NCBI GenBank assembly: GCA_047601445.1
Contig: JASGJH010000001.1
Coordinates: 992,001-1,056,000 of the forward strand
Direction of reading: 5' to 3'
DNA from: Myxococcales bacterium
Lineage (GTDB): Bacteria > Myxococcota_A > Polyangia > Polyangiales > DASUME01
DNA: 64,000 nucleotides
The notes beneath the pieces were generated by a model. That model searched no databases. It was not told the origin of the DNA and saw only the letters and a program-made list of their open reading frames with translations. Positions 60,577 to 64,000 of this stretch are shown in pieces. A program made the position numbers and the translations under genes. Position 1 is the stretch's first letter. Each line of letters starts with the position of its first letter.

Positions 60577-61947
60577 GTGGCGCAGGTTAACCCGCTCACT
60601 CGCGAAGTCCTGATCAAGCTCGTTTATTACGGCCCTGGTCTGTGTGGAAAAACAACGTCGCTGCAGAAGATCCACGCAGCTTCACCGCCGGAGACGCGCG
60701 GCAAGATCGTCTCGCTGGCGACGCCGGTGGATCGCACCCTGTACTTCGACTTCATGCCGCTGCGCGTGGGGCCGGTGCATGGGTACCCTGTGCGGCTCCA
60801 GCTTTTCACCGTGCCCGGGCAGGTCTACTTCAACGCGACCCGCAAGTTGGTGCTCACCAACGCCGACGGCGTCGTGTTCGTGGCCGACAGCCAGCGGGAG
60901 CGCCAGGACGCGAACCTGGAGAGCCTGCAGAACCTGGCGGCCAACCTGGCCGAGCAGGAGCGTTCGCTCGACGCCGTTCCGCACGTCCTCCAGTACAACA
61001 AGCGCGACCTCTCCAACATCCTCAGCGTGGCCGAGCTCGACGAGGGGCTCAACGAGTTCCGCGTGCCCTCCTTCGAGAGCTCCGCGGCGCGTGGCTTGGG
61101 CGTGCTCGACCCGCTCGACGAGCTGGTGCGCCTGGTCCTGCTCGACCTCGAAAAGCGTGCCGTATTCGGCGGCGATTCGAGCGGTTCGGAGACTCCGCGC
61201 TTCGAACAAGCGCAGGACGTACTGAGCGAGTCGGTCTCTCGCGCCAGCGAAGAGTGGCACATGTCGTCGGCGGAGCAGCAGCCCCTGCGCGCGGCGAGCG
61301 GCCTGCCCAGTCTGCCCCCCGTGCGCATGCGTGAACCCGAGCACGAGCGAGTCACCGAGGTGGACCTCGTCCACAACGTCCAGGAGCGCGCACGCGAGAC
61401 CCACGTGGTCGAACGCAGCCTGATGCCCCCGCGCAACTCCGCGCTTCCACGTCCCATCGCTTCCCACACCATTCCCGCACCCGCTCCGGTGCCGCTTCCC
61501 ACGCTTCGCACCCCGGCGCCCGCGCGTTTGCAGAGCCTCGAACCCCCGCGTCCGCCGCAGTTCGATGCGGTCTCCCACGTGCCACCCAAGTCGACGGGTC
61601 TTACCTGGTCGTTGCTCTTCGCGCGCCACCAGGGCCCGCAGGTTGCCCAGCTCGAGTCGGACCTCGAAATCGGGGATTTTCGCTCGGCCATCATGCGCTG
61701 CGACGCGCTCGCCGCCGAGATCCTGGCGGACGCCGCAGAGCTGCACGGGCTCGAGCAGGAGGAGCGCAAGCCGCTGCTCGTCGCCCTCAGTTTGGGTCTG
61801 CCCGCTGAGCGCTGGCGTTCGTTGAGAGCGGTGGTGCAGCGCGCACGTCAGGGGGCCGAGCTGAGCGAACTCGAAGCGCTCGAAGCTTACACGACCCTGA
61901 TCGAGATCAATCGCCTGCACCGAAGCGCGAGTCCGTCGCTGGATTGA
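60577..61947 (+). CDS. MglA-family GTPase with long C-terminal extension
   Basis: [36 protein letters not shown]; then Pro-rich linker and helical domain. Confidence 0.9.
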   Translation: MAQVNPLTREVLIKLVYYGPGLCGKTTSLQKIHAASPPETRGKIVSLATPVDRTLYFDFMPLRVGPVHGYPVRLQLFTVPGQVYFNATRKLVLTNADGVVFVADSQRERQDANLESLQNLAANLAEQERSLDAVPHVLQYNKRDLSNILSVAELDEGLNEFRVPSFESSAARGLGVLDPLDELVRLVLLDLEKRAVFGGDSSGSETPRFEQAQDVLSESVSRASEEWHMSSAEQQPLRAASGLPSLPPVRMREPEHERVTEVDLVHNVQERARETHVVERSLMPPRNSALPRPIASHTIPAPAPVPLPTLRTPAPARLQSLEPPRPPQFDAVSHVPPKSTGLTWSLLFARHQGPQVAQLESDLEIGDFRSAIMRCDALAAEILADAAELHGLEQEERKPLLVALSLGLPAERWRSLRAVVQRARQGAELSELEALEAYTTLIEINRLHRSASPSLD

Positions 61948-61956
61948 GCCCGAAGG

Positions 61957-62982
61957 TCACGGCTCGTCTTCGGGGAAGGGGCGTTCCTTGCGCTGGAGGT
62001 AGGCCAGCATGGCCAGGAACAGCGCCGCGGCGAACGTGAGCTTGACCCAGTAGGGGATCAAGGGAGCGTGCATTTGGCTGAGGGTCCCCTCGACGAGCCC
62101 TGCCACCACCAGCATCGGCATCCCTCCCAGGACCAGACGCACGGCCGTGCGAGCCTCCCGCGTGAGTGCAGCCTGCCGCGACCATGGTCCCGGCAACCAA
62201 AGGCCGCGCGAGAGCACGAATCCCGCGGCGCCTGCGATCATCACCACGGTCAGCTCGACCACCCCGTGCGGGAGGATCCAGGCCCAGAAGAAGAGCGCCT
62301 CGTGGCTACGGTGATATTGCGCGGCGAGGGCACCGATGGGGATGCCGTTCCAGAACAACACCCCTGCCGTACCCAGGCCGAACGTGACCCCGAGCGCGAA
62401 CACGAGGAACGTCACCTGGATGTTGTGGGTGAACAGAAAGCTCGAGAACACTGCGGAACGCCCCGCATCGTGCTCGCCTGCGATGCGCTCCCCTTCGATG
62501 CGTTCCGTCGGGGTCTGGTCCAGGTGCATGTCCGGAACCACCACGGCCAGCGCGTCGTTGTCGGTGGCCACCACCAGAGCGCCAACGAGGGCTCCGAGCG
62601 TCATCAGGGCCGCCGCCAACGCCACGAATCGCCACTCTCTGCGGACCAGCGCGGGGAACTCGTCCCACACGAAGTGCCAGGCCCGCCGCAGAGACTGGGA
62701 GCGCTCGGCGTATACCTGGCTGTACGCGCGGGCGACGAGGGTGTCGAGGTAGTCTGCTAGCGCAGCGTCCATCAGCTCCCCGCGCGCCACCAACAAGTCC
62801 GCGCACGTCGCGCGGTAGAGTCTGCCGAGCTCACGCACTTCGTGGAGCTTCAGCTCACGGGGACCATGGGCCTCATTGCGGGAGAGCAGTTCGCCGAGTC
62901 GCTTCCAGTCCTCGCTGCGCTTCTCCACGAAGCGGTCGACGTCACTGGATCCCAACGAGCCGCTGCCTGCGGCGGGAGGCAT
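61957..62982 (-). CDS. SpoIIM/DUF95 family membrane protein
   Basis: LGRLYR...DL, LFTHNIQV, ILPHGVVEL, AGLVEG. Confidence 0.88.
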   Translation of the reverse strand: MPPAAGSGSLGSSDVDRFVEKRSEDWKRLGELLSRNEAHGPRELKLHEVRELGRLYRATCADLLVARGELMDAALADYLDTLVARAYSQVYAERSQSLRRAWHFVWDEFPALVRREWRFVALAAALMTLGALVGALVVATDNDALAVVVPDMHLDQTPTERIEGERIAGEHDAGRSAVFSSFLFTHNIQVTFLVFALGVTFGLGTAGVLFWNGIPIGALAAQYHRSHEALFFWAWILPHGVVELTVVMIAGAAGFVLSRGLWLPGPWSRQAALTREARTAVRLVLGGMPMLVVAGLVEGTLSQMHAPLIPYWVKLTFAAALFLAMLAYLQRKERPFPEDEP

Positions 62983-62993
62983 GGACTGCGCGG

Positions 62994-63803
62994 ATGATGG
63001 GAAAGAGGAGGGGGGGCGCATCGGTTCACGTGGTAAGAGAGGACGTGGGCTCAGCCGCAGTCTACGAGATTGAGACGCCCGAGAACGTTCGCTTCCGCGT
63101 GGAGCGCGCCGGGCTCGCCTCGCGCGCGTTGGCCTGGGTCATCGACGTGGCGATGATGGCGGGCTTGCTCCAGGTGTCCTCGATGTTGCTCGCGCCACTC
63201 CAGTGGTTCTCCGGCAACGCGGCCTCCGCCCTGATCCTCGTGGCGAGCTTCCTCGTGCAATGGTGGTACAGCGCGGTCTGCGAGTGGAAGTTTGCCGGCC
63301 GCACCTGCGGTAAGTGGCTGGTCGGCATCGCCACCCGAGATCAAACGGGGCTCCGCATCACCTTCCTCCAGAGCCTGGTGCGCAACCTGCTCAGAATCGT
63401 GGACCTGTTGCCGGGCCTCTACGGTGTCGGTGCATTGGCTACCCTCGTCGACCCCCAGGGGCGACGACTTGGAGACCTCGCCGCGGGTACGGTCGTGGTC
63501 CGCGAGCGCCGGCTGCGTTTGCCTGCCCAACGTCTGCTCGACCTACTGTTGCCGGACCTACGTCTCTACCCCGAGCTGGCAGAAATCTCCCAGCGCCTGA
63601 ACCCGTACGAGCGGGAGGCCGTGCTCGCCCTGGCGGCCCAGCGAGACAGGTTGCCCCTGACGGTGCGCATCGAGCTCTTCGAGCGCCTGGCACAGCACTT
63701 GGGGCAGCGCTTCGGCTTCGAGCGGCCCTCGCACTTGAGCCCGGAAAAAGTCGTTCTCTACGTGTTTGCGGGACTGGCTCGGGGACGAACTCAGGAGTCG
63801 TAG
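62994..63803 (+). CDS. RDD family membrane protein
   Basis: IETPENV, RALAWVID, GRTCGK, RNLLRIVD, RRLGDLAAGTVVV. True start may be GTG 63045. Confidence 0.88.
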   Translation: MMGKRRGGASVHVVREDVGSAAVYEIETPENVRFRVERAGLASRALAWVIDVAMMAGLLQVSSMLLAPLQWFSGNAASALILVASFLVQWWYSAVCEWKFAGRTCGKWLVGIATRDQTGLRITFLQSLVRNLLRIVDLLPGLYGVGALATLVDPQGRRLGDLAAGTVVVRERRLRLPAQRLLDLLLPDLRLYPELAEISQRLNPYEREAVLALAAQRDRLPLTVRIELFERLAQHLGQRFGFERPSHLSPEKVVLYVFAGLARGRTQES

Positions 63804-64000
63804 TCGCAGAACACGATCGCACAGTTGCGGCGCTGGGAGGAGCGCACCCGCTGACACAGCTCGGCAAGGTCGTCGTCGACGTCCACCACCTCGCCTTCGG
63901 TGGCGCGTCCGGTGGCTTCGTCATACTTGCAGGCGTCGAGGGCAACCCATCGGCCGCGGAACTCATCCACGCACCGAATCTGCTCCCAAGACATCCTCTC
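63791..64000 (-). CDS. Small hypothetical protein (may start at 63994 or beyond the window)
   Basis: Good codon bias; RGRWVAL...EVVDVDDDLAEL; frame open to the edge. Confidence 0.6.
   Translation of the reverse strand, partial: ERMSWEQIRCVDEFRGRWVALDACKYDEATGRATEGEVVDVDDDLAELCQRVRSSQRRNCAIVFCDYDS

Overview
GC-rich (roughly two-thirds G+C by eye) core-chromosome segment of a myxobacterium (Myxococcota, probably Polyangia-like; inferred from mglBA, an FHA-sigma54 activator, a PEGA Ser/Thr kinase and Cys-rich lipoproteins). It holds about 55 genes: three histidine kinases, ald, gatCAB-mtnA, a fabH-like gene, argH-lysA, fumC, comEC, an isc operon, tRNA-Arg(CCG), panBC, ino1, ftsEX-envC, mglBA, sppA, a second long MglA paralogue and an RDD/SpoIIM pair. 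I see no transposase, integrase, phage gene or CRISPR array. Main observations: (1) the isc operon has no iscR and is headed by a MerR-family regulator with a five-Cys C-terminal motif, behind a MerR-type promoter (19-bp spacer overlapped by a 22-bp palindrome). (2) An uninterrupted P1B-ATPase gene has lost its catalytic motifs but keeps a YHS/TRASH metal domain. (3) An unannotated 42-aa very basic ORF follows tRNA-Arg. (4) A probable bacterial ceramide synthase sits directly after fumC. (5) Many genes have a -10 hexamer 6-8 nt before the start codon, suggesting leaderless mRNAs. (6) A 4x27-bp intergenic repeat shares half-sites with a hairpin element inside the isc operon. All family calls come from motif recognition by eye; no searches were run.
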